Source of the DNA: Candidatus Saccharimonadota bacterium
GTDB taxonomy: Bacteria > Patescibacteriota > Saccharimonadia > Saccharimonadales > Saccharimonadaceae
Assembly (NCBI GenBank): GCA_017464135.1
Contig: JAFUEB010000004.1
Location: 207,049-271,048 of the forward strand
Length of the DNA: 64,000 nucleotides
Direction of reading: 5' to 3'
The notes under the pieces are model-generated. The model was not told where the DNA came from. It searched no databases and worked only from the letters and a program-made list of their open reading frames with translations. Below are positions 1 through 10,302 of this stretch, piece by piece. The stretch's first letter is position 1; each line of letters begins with the position of its first letter. The translations under genes and the position numbers were made by a program.

Positions 1-1
1 G

Positions 2-1123
2 AAAAAGTTCATGCGTACAAACGAAGATTTAACGAAGCTCCTTATCTACATCGACCGCATTATGGAGCTCCAGAATCCGTTCATTAATATTATCTTCAAT
101 GGTACAACGCTCCTTTGCTCGTGGATTGGTATTTCGTTGCTCACGAAAGATTTTGCATACCTTGGTAACATGGCGGCGTTCGCACAATATGTTGGCCACG
201 TGATGATGGCGTTCTTAATGCTTTCGATCCTATTCGTGATGATTCCACGCGCCAATGTATCGGCAGAGCGTATCAACGAAGTATTGAAACCCACCAATAA
301 GATTCACTGGAAGAAGGAAACAACTGGTGTGCCTGATAAGGTGCCTTCTGTTGAATTTAAGAATGTTGATTTTATGTATCCGGATGCAGAAGAGAAGGTT
401 TTGTCCGGCGTGTCGTTTGTCGCAAAAGCTGGCGAAACGACGGCGTTTGTCGGTTCGACTGGCTCTGGTAAATCGACACTGATTAATTTGGTGCCGAGAT
501 TCTACGAAGCGACGTCTGGCGAGGTGATTGTAAATGGGATTTCAGTGAAGGACTACAACCAGGATGATTTGATGGGGCGAATTGGCTTTGTACCACAACG
601 TGGGATTCTGTTCTCCGGCACCGTGAAGTCGAACATTAAATTCGGCGCGCCACATGCAACCGATGCAGAAGTGAAGCATGCGGCTGAAGTTGCACAGGCG
701 GATGGTTTTATTTCGAGATTACCGGAAAAATACAATGCGCACATTTCGCAAGGTGGTACGAATGTATCTGGTGGACAGAAACAAAGGTTGTCAATTGCGC
801 GCGCCATTTGTAAGAAGCCGGAAATTTTCGTGTTTGATGATTCGTTCTCAGCACTCGATATGAAGACGGATGCAAAACTTCGTGCCGCTCTGAAGCCAGA
901 AACTAGGGGCGCGGTCGTATTAATCGTTGCACAGCGTGTCAGCACCATTAAAGATGCTGATCAAATCGTAGTGCTCGATGGTGGCAAGGTAGTCGGTATT
1001 GGTAAGCATTTGGAGCTTCTGAAAACCTGTGCTGTCTATGAAGACATTGCGAAGTCGCAACTTTCGGACGATGAGTTTAAGAATGAGATGAGGCTCGCGA
1101 AAGCGAAGAAGGTGGAGGCGTAA
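2..1123 (+). CDS. ABC exporter ATP-binding/permease subunit (5'-truncated by window edge)
   Basis: TM segments, then Walker A GSTGSGKS, signature VSGGQKQR, degenerate Walker B FVFDD; frame open to window start. Confidence 0.93.
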   Translation, partial: KKFMRTNEDLTKLLIYIDRIMELQNPFINIIFNGTTLLCSWIGISLLTKDFAYLGNMAAFAQYVGHVMMAFLMLSILFVMIPRANVSAERINEVLKPTNKIHWKKETTGVPDKVPSVEFKNVDFMYPDAEEKVLSGVSFVAKAGETTAFVGSTGSGKSTLINLVPRFYEATSGEVIVNGISVKDYNQDDLMGRIGFVPQRGILFSGTVKSNIKFGAPHATDAEVKHAAEVAQADGFISRLPEKYNAHISQGGTNVSGGQKQRLSIARAICKKPEIFVFDDSFSALDMKTDAKLRAALKPETRGAVVLIVAQRVSTIKDADQIVVLDGGKVVGIGKHLELLKTCAVYEDIAKSQLSDDEFKNEMRLAKAKKVEA

Positions 1124-1124
1124 G

Positions 1125-2906
1125 ATGCATGACGATTCATTGAACCATGGTGGCAACAAAGTTAAAAACGCCAAGGTTACGTTTAAAGAATATTTGGTTT
1201 CGATTAAAAAGTATCGTTTCTCGATTATTATGTCGATTATTCTCGCGATTGCTTCAGCCATAACTGGGCTGTTTACGCCAAAAATTCTCGGCGACATGAC
1301 GACGATTGCCTACGAAACTTATCCGGACATCGATTTCATTACGATTGGACAGAAGGCAATCCTTGTAATTGTCTTGTTCCTAATTTCAGCAGCCCTAAAC
1401 TATGCGCAGGCCTTCATTCTCGGTATCGTCACGGCGAAATACACTCGCGATATGCGCGAGAAGATTATCGATAAAATTTCGAAACTCCCGATTTCGTATT
1501 TCGATCGTCATAAATTTGGTGACACGCTTTCGCGCATGACCAACGATATTGATGTCTTAACAACCTCGATGTCACAGGAAATTGCAGACTTCTCACTCAG
1601 CCTTACCACGCTTGTTGGCGTGATGGTAATTATGCTCGTGATTTCGGTGCCACTGTCGCTGATTTCCTTCATCATTGTGCCATTATCGGTAATTGTGGTG
1701 GGGAAGATTGCGAAATTCGCGCAGAAGTATTTCCGCGATCATCAGGCACTCCTTGGTGTACTTAACAGCAAAATTGAAGAGGATTATGCTGGCCAATCGG
1801 TGATTAAATCCAACTCGTACGAGCCATCCGCACTTGAAGATTTTAATGAAACGAATGAAAAGCTCGCGAAGGCCTCGATGCGCTCACAATTCTATTCATC
1901 GCTCTCTATGCCGGTTACACATATTTTCACGAATTTAAGCTATGTAGCGATCTGTATCGTGGGCGGCATCTTCGTGATTGAGCGCGTGATTTCGATTGGT
2001 GACATTCAAGCCTTTATTCAATACGTCACGAGATTCAACCGTCCGATTACGGAAATTGCTTCGTCAACTTCCACGATTCAGGCTTTGCTCGCGGCGTCTG
2101 AACGTATCTTTGAATTCTTGGATGAACCAGAAGAAGAACCGGACATTTCGCCGGCGCAGAAGATCGAGAAAGTGAAGGGCGAAGTCGAATTCCATGAAAT
2201 TAACTTTAGCTATCTCAAGGACACACCAGTGATTAAGAATTTCTCGGTCAAAGTGGAGCCGGGTATGAAGGTTGCCATCGTGGGGCCGACCGGCGCCGGT
2301 AAAACTACGATTATTAATCTACTCATGCGCTTTTATGAACCAGATTCAGGATACATTTCGATTGACGGCGTGCCAACTAGGGAAATGGAGCGCGCGGACG
2401 TGCGTGGATTATTCGGTATGGTACTCCAAGATACTTGGCTATTCTCGGGTACGGTGGAAGAGAACTTGCGCTACGGCAAGCAGGAAGCCACGCTCGAAGA
2501 AATCAAAGCAGCTGCGAAAGCTTCGAATATCCATCACGTGATTGAGTCATTGCCAAAGGGCTATAAGACGATGATTTCCGAAGATTCGGATAACATTTCG
2601 GCCGGCGAAAAGCAACTCATTACGATTGCACGCGCGATGGTCGCGAACCCGCCGATGATGATTTTAGACGAAGCGACTTCCAACGTGGATACACGTACCG
2701 AACAACTAATTCAAGATTCGTTTGAGAAACTGACGAATGGTCGCACATCGTTTGTGATTGCGCACCGCCTTTCAACGATTCGAAATTCCGATCTCATTCT
2801 CGTGATGCGCGATGGCAACATCGTCGAGCACGGCAACCACGAAGAACTCCTGAAGCAGGGTGGTTTCTACGCCGAGTTATACAACTCACAATTTGCTGAC
2901 AATTAA
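1125..2906 (+). CDS. ABC exporter ATP-binding/permease subunit (heterodimer partner)
   Basis: TMD plus NBD with GPTGAGKT, ISAGEKQ, ILDEATS, IAHRLST. Confidence 0.95.
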   Translation: MHDDSLNHGGNKVKNAKVTFKEYLVSIKKYRFSIIMSIILAIASAITGLFTPKILGDMTTIAYETYPDIDFITIGQKAILVIVLFLISAALNYAQAFILGIVTAKYTRDMREKIIDKISKLPISYFDRHKFGDTLSRMTNDIDVLTTSMSQEIADFSLSLTTLVGVMVIMLVISVPLSLISFIIVPLSVIVVGKIAKFAQKYFRDHQALLGVLNSKIEEDYAGQSVIKSNSYEPSALEDFNETNEKLAKASMRSQFYSSLSMPVTHIFTNLSYVAICIVGGIFVIERVISIGDIQAFIQYVTRFNRPITEIASSTSTIQALLAASERIFEFLDEPEEEPDISPAQKIEKVKGEVEFHEINFSYLKDTPVIKNFSVKVEPGMKVAIVGPTGAGKTTIINLLMRFYEPDSGYISIDGVPTREMERADVRGLFGMVLQDTWLFSGTVEENLRYGKQEATLEEIKAAAKASNIHHVIESLPKGYKTMISEDSDNISAGEKQLITIARAMVANPPMMILDEATSNVDTRTEQLIQDSFEKLTNGRTSFVIAHRLSTIRNSDLILVMRDGNIVEHGNHEELLKQGGFYAELYNSQFADN

Positions 2907-3491
2907 ATCAAAGACTTCTTCAATCGTACCGGAAGCATCAATAATTGGGATGTTTAAGGTTTTAGCAATTTGAAGATATCCGGCATTAACTTTTTGTTGG
3001 AACTCATCCGGCTTTGCTTCAAAAGTCTCGGTGGCTTTACCACGGTTTCCTTGGCGTTCTAACCGGACTTTGTCGGATACTTTTAGAATAAAACCGCGGT
3101 CTGGATTGCAGTAGTGATCCGGCATCATTTCTTTAGTTACTCGGATAATTTTGCTTCTTGAAACGCCCTCGCCGTAGCCTTGGTAGGCGAGCGTAGACCA
3201 CCAATTGCGAGCGGAAATCACAATCCCGCCACGCTTTAAGGTTGGCTCCGCAATTTTACGCCAGAGCTCGGAGCGGGCGGCGGTGAAAAGTGCTAGGTTC
3301 GTGATTGGCTCAAGCTTCCATTCTTTACCTTTAATCACGATGATATCGTGGATTTCGTGTGCCTGTGGCAAATCACCGTCTGGCTCATCCATCACCACGA
3401 CCTCTTTGCCCTGTTTTTCGAAATAGTCTTTTAAAAGTCTGGCCTGAGTCGATTTACCAGTACCATCTTGTCCTTCAATGACGATATACAT
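2886..3491 (-). CDS. tmk: Thymidylate kinase
   Basis: IVIEGQDGTGKSTQ P-loop, EP motif, LFTAAR, STLAYQG. Confidence 0.93.
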   Translation of the reverse strand: MYIVIEGQDGTGKSTQARLLKDYFEKQGKEVVVMDEPDGDLPQAHEIHDIIVIKGKEWKLEPITNLALFTAARSELWRKIAEPTLKRGGIVISARNWWSTLAYQGYGEGVSRSKIIRVTKEMMPDHYCNPDRGFILKVSDKVRLERQGNRGKATETFEAKPDEFQQKVNAGYLQIAKTLNIPIIDASGTIEEVFDLIVSKL

Positions 3492-4081
3492 TATTTTTCT
3501 CCTTCTAGATATTTTTGATAGCAGGCTGGGCAGATAGCGCGGTATTCAATTTTAGTTTTACCGTCATCAATTAAAACATCCGGGCCATCGACGACAAACT
3601 TACCGTTTAAAAATCTCGCATTACAAGTCGCTTTACGCCCACATTCACAAATCGTTTTAATCTCTTCAATATTATGAGCAATTTGGAGAAGCCTGGTTGC
3701 ACCTTCAAACCCACCATCGGTCAGGCGAAAATTCAGTCTAAGCCCGTAAGCCATCACTGGAATGTCGAGTTTATTCACGATCATCATTAACTCGTCGACT
3801 TGAGCCTTCGTTAAAAACTGGGCTTCGTCAACTAATACACAGTGGACGTTTTGGTATTTTTTTGAAATCTCTTCATAAATATTGGTTTTTTTATCGAAAC
3901 AAAAATCAGTCTCTCTTTCTGGACCAATCCTAGTTAAAAGTTTCGTGCCATTCTTGGTGTCGGTTTTTGGTTTAATTACGCAGACTTTATGTCCACGTTC
4001 TTCGTAATTAAATGCGACTTGGAGAAGTTGCATGGTTTTGCCGCACCCCATTGCTCCGTATCTGAAATATAATTTCGCCAT
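3491..4081 (-). CDS. tdk: Thymidine kinase
   Basis: LYFRYGAMGCGKT, VLVDEAQFL, YGL, Zn-binding ICECG...ICPAC. Confidence 0.95.
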   Translation of the reverse strand: MAKLYFRYGAMGCGKTMQLLQVAFNYEERGHKVCVIKPKTDTKNGTKLLTRIGPERETDFCFDKKTNIYEEISKKYQNVHCVLVDEAQFLTKAQVDELMMIVNKLDIPVMAYGLRLNFRLTDGGFEGATRLLQIAHNIEEIKTICECGRKATCNARFLNGKFVVDGPDVLIDDGKTKIEYRAICPACYQKYLEGEK

Positions 4082-4098
4082 GCTATAATTATAGCATG
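4079..4098. promoter_or_regulatory. Perfectly palindromic bidirectional extended -10 promoter for leaderless tdk and ung
   Basis: CATGCTATAATTATAGCATG is its own reverse complement; each strand reads TGcTATAAT-6nt-ATG. Confidence 0.75.
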
Positions 4099-4743
4099 CA
4101 TGAGAGTTGGAAATCTTTTCTAGATAGTGAGTTTAATAAACCGTATTTTAAAGAACTCTCGAAGTTTTTACACGATGAATACGAACATAAAACGATTTAT
4201 CCAAAAAAGAGCCTGGTCTTTTCGGCATTTACAACTGATTTGAATGAAGTTAAAGTTGTAATCTTGGGACAGGATCCATATCACACACCGGGTGCTGCAG
4301 AGGGACTGGCTTTTTCGGTGCCTTCAACTCAGCCAATCCCGCCATCATTAATTAATATCTATAAGGAAATCGATGCTGACATTGGACACCATAATAATCC
4401 GTCTGGAAGCCTCCGGAATTGGCAGAAACAAGGCGTATTATTATTAAACACGGTTCTAACCGTAGAAGCCCACAAGGCCGGTTCACACCGAGGCAAAGGT
4501 TGGGAAACTTTTACAACCGAAGTGATTAAATACCTAAACGAAACTCGTCCGCATCTAGTTTTTATTCTGTGGGGCAGAGACGCGAGAAATAAAAAGACAC
4601 TGATTGACAGCTCGAAACATTTGATTTTAGAGTCACCACATCCATCGCCGCTTTCCGCCTACGCCGGGTTCTTTGGCAATCATCATTTTTCAAAAACCAA
4701 TGAATTTCTCGAGAAGAACGGCTTAAAGCCAATTGAGTGGTAG
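4096..4743 (+). CDS. ung: Uracil-DNA glycosylase (family 1)
   Basis: VVILGQDPYH, GLAFSV, GVLLLN, HPSPLS. Confidence 0.97.
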   Translation: MHESWKSFLDSEFNKPYFKELSKFLHDEYEHKTIYPKKSLVFSAFTTDLNEVKVVILGQDPYHTPGAAEGLAFSVPSTQPIPPSLINIYKEIDADIGHHNNPSGSLRNWQKQGVLLLNTVLTVEAHKAGSHRGKGWETFTTEVIKYLNETRPHLVFILWGRDARNKKTLIDSSKHLILESPHPSPLSAYAGFFGNHHFSKTNEFLEKNGLKPIEW

Positions 4744-4800
4744 TTTTTAATTCGTCTTTAAGGTTCATTTTTTATACTTAAAATGTAAAAAAGGAAAAAT

Positions 4801-5115
4801 ATGGACGAAGAAACTATTAGTAAAAGTATTAAAAACAATTCTGAAACAACCGATAGACCGGAACTACCAACCGATTTAGAAGAAGTTGGCGATGGTGAGA
4901 ATGTAGGTACGATGAACCGTGGCAGAGAATTTCCAGGCGAAAGAATGACGTCTGTAGCTCAGCCACAGGCTGATCCGATGGCACCACTCATCTATTTTTC
5001 GGCCGGTGCCGGCAGTGCTCTACTTGCCTTTTTAGTTTTTTATCTTTGCTTAAGATTTTTGCCAAAAAGAGGCTGTGACTATCGTCAAGAAAAACTAGCA
5101 AAAAAGGATAATTAA
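4801..5115 (+). CDS. Hypothetical single-TM protein
   Basis: AAGGA SD upstream; C-terminal hydrophobic helix followed by basic tail. Confidence 0.6.
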   Translation: MDEETISKSIKNNSETTDRPELPTDLEEVGDGENVGTMNRGREFPGERMTSVAQPQADPMAPLIYFSAGAGSALLAFLVFYLCLRFLPKRGCDYRQEKLAKKDN

Positions 5116-5660
5116 AGCCAAGCCGCTAGTCTTTTATATTCAGCTGAATCTTTCGGATAGGAATCAAGGATATCTTCGATATAAGATTTACCGTTCGAAA
5201 GGTTCAGCGTTTTTACATGCGGCATTGAAACAAGCATACGAATGACCGCTTCGTCGGTTTCAACATTAGTCATGGAATGTTTCGGATCGGTTGAATGTGA
5301 ATGTACCCGTAGCTCGTTATAGACAAAACGGGTAATACCAGCCTGCAAACAATACTTTAGGCAGTTTTCGCAAGTGGCGACTCGATTATAAATGGTGCAG
5401 CCGTGTAAATCTTGTTTAGCAAAAAGCACTGCATTCATTTCGGAATGAATCGCAAAATAATACTTCATCGGGCGCTCACTTAATGTCATTTTAGCTTCGT
5501 TCGCACCCTGAATCATACCATTGTAGCCAAGCGAGACGACGCGCTTGTTTTGGTCGACGATGCAGCAGCCCATTTTCGACGAAGGGTCTTTGCTTTTAAG
5601 CGCAACCGTTTCGGCAATTTTCATGAAATACTCATCCCACTCGCGTTGTTTTTTATCCAT
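5112..5660 (-). CDS. dCMP deaminase family protein
   Basis: WDEYFMKIA, SKDP, GYNG, HSEMNA, CxxC (CENC). Confidence 0.9.
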   Translation of the reverse strand: MDKKQREWDEYFMKIAETVALKSKDPSSKMGCCIVDQNKRVVSLGYNGMIQGANEAKMTLSERPMKYYFAIHSEMNAVLFAKQDLHGCTIYNRVATCENCLKYCLQAGITRFVYNELRVHSHSTDPKHSMTNVETDEAVIRMLVSMPHVKTLNLSNGKSYIEDILDSYPKDSAEYKRLAAWL

Positions 5661-5763
5661 TTTTCCTCCAATTCATCTCTATTATACCATAGTTTAACAG
5701 GTGGGGGGTTGCAAGATTTTGGTGCTCGTGATTTGATTCTCCAAAATAAATAGTGGAGGTAAA

Positions 5764-7437
5764 ATGAAAAGATTATTGTGGTACGTGAGTGCCGTAATTT
5801 TAGGCATATATATTATAAATGGTGGGGAAACACGGGCACAAACGAGTTGCAAGGACTTAAGAATTGTCTTTGCGCGTGGGTCTGGTGCACCGCGTGAGAA
5901 TAATGCGGATTACCAGGCGTTTAAGAATTCGATTGAGAATTTGATTAGCGACTCCGGCATTAGCTATGAGTTTATCGATTTAGACTATCCGGCGATTGGC
6001 GTAGGTTTTGATAATTTGAACGTGGTGATCGGTGCCGTGATTAGTGGAGGTGAAGGGAACGAGTTTGGAGAAAGCGTAAAGGCGGGGGCGACTAATCTCG
6101 CACGGATGGTAAATGACGAATGCGCGGATACAAAATATATACTTGGTGGGTATTCGCAGGGTGCGATAGTGATAATCAAAGCCCTGAAGGAGATTCGACC
6201 GGAGAGGATTATTTATGCGGCGACTTTTGGCGATCCAAAAATCTATTTGCCGGAGGGCGAAGGAATCATGCCGGCCGCTTGCCGAGGCGAGAATTTATCG
6301 CCCTACCGGATATATGTGCCGGACTGCATGGCATATAAAGGGTTGCTCGGGGCTTACATTCCGTATGTGGCGGATGAATACTTAAACAAAGTGGGGACTT
6401 GGTGTAACAAACGAGATATCTTTTGCAGTTCTAGGTTTAGTATTAGCGACCACGTGAGTTATGAAAGTACTGGGCTCTATGAAGATGCGGCGAAAGTAAT
6501 ATATCTTAAAATTGCCGATGCGTTCGGGATCGATAAGCGCGTAGTGTCGCCACATGATACGGTATTTTTAATCGATGCAACGTGGTCGATGGAAACGATG
6601 ATTGACGCGTACAAGTCCGAGGCTCTTAGTCTTGCAAAAGAAACGCTGGATAGTGATGGCAGAGTGGCATTATTCGCCTACCATGATTTAGATGATTTTG
6701 CGGATTCCTTAGTGCAGTATTGTGATTTTGAAAGTTGTGATTCAATTGAAACTTTTGAAAGCAAAATGAATGAGATTGTAACTGAGTATGGTGGCGATCT
6801 TCCAGAGTCGCTACTTTCAGCATCGCTTCATTTGATGAAGAGTCTAAACTGGAAGCTTGGCTCGACGAAATCTTTGGTAGTTCTGACGGACGCTGGCTAT
6901 CATTCGCCAGACCGAGATGGCACAACTTTTGATGCCGTCGTAAAACTCAGCAAGGAGATTGATCCGGTGAACTTTTACGTAATTACGAATGAAGAGATAG
7001 CTGATGAATATGTAGATTTGACTAGTGCAACTGGCGGAAGAGTGGAAACAGATTTTGGCAAGCTAAATCTGCTCACAGATTATATTATGGAAAGAAGCGA
7101 CGCCTTGCCGCGAGTCGAGGAAATACCGGAAGAAGTGCCGGCGCTCGAAATCCTGTTTCAATCTTACTATGCAGATACCGCAACGATTAAATATGCGACT
7201 GACGGGCAAAAGGTAATTGTAATTATCAATGGACAAATTATTGGAACAACGAACGAAAAAGAAATAACGATTACCGACCTAGATCGAAGAATTGAAAATG
7301 AGATTATGCTAGTACCGATTAATAATGACGCGCGGGGCGAGGCAAGTGTGATCATAGTTACGTCCGATGGGCTCGGCGGGACAAAAAACGACCTGCCGGT
7401 CGTGATTCCAAAAGCCCCTAGTACGGGAGGGCATTAG
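5764..7437 (+). CDS. Secreted cutinase-family hydrolase fused to VWA domain with C-terminal PKAPSTG motif
   Basis: Signal peptide; FARGS, GYSQGA nucleophile elbow, FGDP, CNKRDIFC; VWA FLIDATWSM, GGDLPES, VLTDA. Confidence 0.85.
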   Translation: MKRLLWYVSAVILGIYIINGGETRAQTSCKDLRIVFARGSGAPRENNADYQAFKNSIENLISDSGISYEFIDLDYPAIGVGFDNLNVVIGAVISGGEGNEFGESVKAGATNLARMVNDECADTKYILGGYSQGAIVIIKALKEIRPERIIYAATFGDPKIYLPEGEGIMPAACRGENLSPYRIYVPDCMAYKGLLGAYIPYVADEYLNKVGTWCNKRDIFCSSRFSISDHVSYESTGLYEDAAKVIYLKIADAFGIDKRVVSPHDTVFLIDATWSMETMIDAYKSEALSLAKETLDSDGRVALFAYHDLDDFADSLVQYCDFESCDSIETFESKMNEIVTEYGGDLPESLLSASLHLMKSLNWKLGSTKSLVVLTDAGYHSPDRDGTTFDAVVKLSKEIDPVNFYVITNEEIADEYVDLTSATGGRVETDFGKLNLLTDYIMERSDALPRVEEIPEEVPALEILFQSYYADTATIKYATDGQKVIVIINGQIIGTTNEKEITITDLDRRIENEIMLVPINNDARGEASVIIVTSDGLGGTKNDLPVVIPKAPSTGGH

Positions 7438-7634
7438 TTTGAACTTAAATGATAGTGGTCGCCATATTCGCATTTATAGACACTTAAATGTCCTTCAATA
7501 TGGTGGTCATATTCAGCCACGCGGGCCGCCATTTCGGCCTCCTCGCGAGTCTTGTAGCAAATTTTATGGGTATCACCAACCCAGCACCTTTCGGGCTCGT
7601 AGATTCCAGTTCTGATTTGCTTACGATTTGTCAT
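7434..7634 (-). CDS. Small hypothetical protein, possible metal-binding
   Basis: 66 aa with YKCEYGDHYHL; leaderless TGaTATAAT upstream on minus strand. Confidence 0.65.
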   Translation of the reverse strand: MTNRKQIRTGIYEPERCWVGDTHKICYKTREEAEMAARVAEYDHHIEGHLSVYKCEYGDHYHLSSN

Positions 7635-7703
7635 GCCAAATTATTATATCACATTTTAGACCATATATTGAATAATTAGTCAATAAGTGTTATAATAACG
7701 CCT

Positions 7704-9521
7704 ATGACTTTGAATAAAGATTTAATTCGTAATGTGGCGATTATCGCGCACGTTGATCACGGTAAAACTACCCTTGTTGACGGGCTTCTTAAACAGTCCC
7801 ATACTTTTCGTGACAACCAAGCCGAAATGAACCAGACGCTCATCATGGATTCGATGGATCAGGAACACGAGCGTGGTATTACAATTACTGCGAAGCAAAC
7901 CTGCGTTTACTACAACGGCTACAAGATTAACATCATTGATACGCCAGGTCACGCAGATTTTTCTGGTGAAGTCGAACGTACGCTCAATATGGCAGATGGC
8001 GTGCTTTTAATCGTGGACGCCCAAGAAGGGCCGATGCCACAAACTAAATTTGTACTTCAAAAGGCGCTCGATCTGAAACTCCGCCCAGTCGTGATTATTA
8101 ATAAAATCGATAAGCCAGCCGCTCGCATTGAAGAAGTGAAAGATGAAATTGAAAGTTTGTTCCTAGAACTCGCAACCGATGAATCGCAACTGAACTATCC
8201 GATTTATTATGCGATTGCCCGCGAAGGCAAAGCTGGCAAGACGACTGAACTCGATGACAATCTTAATGTGATTTTCGAAGCTATCATTAATGATATTCCA
8301 GCACCAAGCGTGGATGAAAATGCCGATGGTGCACAACTCCTTGTAGCTGCCCTCGCTGCCGATAATTACCTTGGCAAGTACTGCATTGGCAAAATCTTCC
8401 GTGGCAAATTGAAAAAGGGCCAGACCGTGAAGATTCTGCGTGGTGATGTAGTGAAAAATGCGAAGATTGAGAATTTGTTTGTTTATAAGGGTCTTGGTAA
8501 AGAAGAAGTACCGGAAGCCATTGCTGGTGACATCGTAGCGCTGACTGGCGTTTCGGAGGCTAACATTGGTGATACGATTGCAACTGGCGATAAGCCAGAA
8601 GCACTCCCAACAATTGAACTTGAGCCACCAACGCTTTCGATCTACATTGGCCCAAACACTTCGCCGCTCAAAGGTCGCGAAGGTGAGTTTACGACTTCTC
8701 GTCAAATCGCCGAGAGGTTAGAGCGCGAACTAGAAACCAACATCGCGCTTAGAATTGAGCCAGATGGTCTTGGCTACAAAGTGTCTGGTCGTGGCGAGCT
8801 CCATCTTTCAGTCTTAATTGAAACGATGCGTCGTGAAGGTTATGAGCTTGAAGCTGGTCGTCCGGAAGTAGTCTATCGTGAGATTGATGGCAAGAAGTGC
8901 GAGCCGATTGAGAGTTTAACCGTAGAAGTTTCGTCAGAATTTGTCGGTGCCGTTTCGCAAGAACTTGGTATTCGTAAAGCCGAACTTAAATCTCAGGAAC
9001 TCACTTCGACTGGTGCCACGAGATTCGTTTATGAGATCTCGACCGCCGCATTAATTGGTCTTCGCAACAATCTACTTACTGCTACTAAGGGCACCGTGAT
9101 TATGTCGAGCATTCCGTGCGGCTATCGTCCGATTGAAGGGAAATATAAGCCAGAACGTAATGGCGCGTTGGTTGCCTTTGAGGATGGTGTTTCAACTTCT
9201 TATGCGCTAGACGCCGCTCAGGCCCGTGGTATCCTCTACATTCCACCACAAGTACCAGTTTACCAAGGCATGATTGTCGGTCTTTCAAATAAAAAGGACG
9301 ATATTGATATTAATATCTGCAAAGAAAAGCAACTTACAAACATGCGTACGCATGCTTCGGATGGTGCAATTCAACTTACTCCATACACGCAGCTATCACT
9401 TGAGCAATGTCTCGATTTCTTATTGGATGATGAACTGCTCGAAGTTACGCCGAAATCTTTGAGGCTCCGCAAGCGTCAACTTGATCCAATCAAGCGCAAA
9501 CGCGAAAACCGGACTTACTAA
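7704..9521 (+). CDS. typA: Translational GTPase TypA/BipA
   Basis: IAHVDHGKTT, DTPGHADF, NKID, GRGELHLSVLIETMRREG, LEVTPKSLRLRK. Confidence 0.97.
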   Translation: MTLNKDLIRNVAIIAHVDHGKTTLVDGLLKQSHTFRDNQAEMNQTLIMDSMDQEHERGITITAKQTCVYYNGYKINIIDTPGHADFSGEVERTLNMADGVLLIVDAQEGPMPQTKFVLQKALDLKLRPVVIINKIDKPAARIEEVKDEIESLFLELATDESQLNYPIYYAIAREGKAGKTTELDDNLNVIFEAIINDIPAPSVDENADGAQLLVAALAADNYLGKYCIGKIFRGKLKKGQTVKILRGDVVKNAKIENLFVYKGLGKEEVPEAIAGDIVALTGVSEANIGDTIATGDKPEALPTIELEPPTLSIYIGPNTSPLKGREGEFTTSRQIAERLERELETNIALRIEPDGLGYKVSGRGELHLSVLIETMRREGYELEAGRPEVVYREIDGKKCEPIESLTVEVSSEFVGAVSQELGIRKAELKSQELTSTGATRFVYEISTAALIGLRNNLLTATKGTVIMSSIPCGYRPIEGKYKPERNGALVAFEDGVSTSYALDAAQARGILYIPPQVPVYQGMIVGLSNKKDDIDINICKEKQLTNMRTHASDGAIQLTPYTQLSLEQCLDFLLDDELLEVTPKSLRLRKRQLDPIKRKRENRTY

Positions 9522-9540
9522 AATCTGATATAATCAATTT

Positions 9541-10302
9541 ATGTCTTATCTCATCGATTCACATTGTCATTTGCATGATCGCCAGTTTTTTGAAGCCGAG
9601 CAAGCGGAAGAGATGGTGAAAAATGCTTCTCAAAAAAATGTTAAGAAGATTGTTTGTATTGGGACGGATCCGGACGATTCGCTAGTAGCGCGTGAATTTG
9701 CAAAAGCACACGAAAATGTCTTCTGGACTTATGGGATTCACCCAGAAGAGACCAATGGTGGCAAGAAGGTACATTTTGATGGTTCCGTGACTAGAAAAGA
9801 CAATGAGAAACTGGTCGCGATTGGCGAAGTGGGACTTGATTACCATTCCGAAGACTGCGACCGTGACGCGCAGATTAAACTGTTCAATGAGATGTTGCAG
9901 CTCGCGAAGGACAATGATTTACCTCTATCCTTCCATGTCCGTAATGCGTTTGAAGATTTCTTTGCGGTCGTGAAGAATTTCCCGGAAGTTCGTGGCGTAG
10001 TGCATTCATTTACCGATAGTAAGAAGACTTTGAGAAAAATTCTAGAAGAAACGGACTTTTACGTGGGCGTGAATGGTCTCGCGACTTATTCAACTTTGCC
10101 AACGCCGCCGCTCGAGAGAATCGTCCTCGAAACCGATGCACCTTTCTTGACTCCGATACCGTTTCGTGGTATAATAAACGAACCAGCGTATATCCACGAT
10201 ATCGCAGAATGGCTAACTAAAAAACTAGAAATAGATTTCGAGACTGTCAAGAAGGAGACTACTAAAAATGCAGAGCAACTCTTCCGTCTTTCACATTCCT
10301 GA
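9541..10302 (+). CDS. tatD: TatD family nuclease
   Basis: DSHCHL, GIHP, AIGEVGLDY, HSF, ETDAPFL. Confidence 0.93.
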   Translation: MSYLIDSHCHLHDRQFFEAEQAEEMVKNASQKNVKKIVCIGTDPDDSLVAREFAKAHENVFWTYGIHPEETNGGKKVHFDGSVTRKDNEKLVAIGEVGLDYHSEDCDRDAQIKLFNEMLQLAKDNDLPLSFHVRNAFEDFFAVVKNFPEVRGVVHSFTDSKKTLRKILEETDFYVGVNGLATYSTLPTPPLERIVLETDAPFLTPIPFRGIINEPAYIHDIAEWLTKKLEIDFETVKKETTKNAEQLFRLSHS

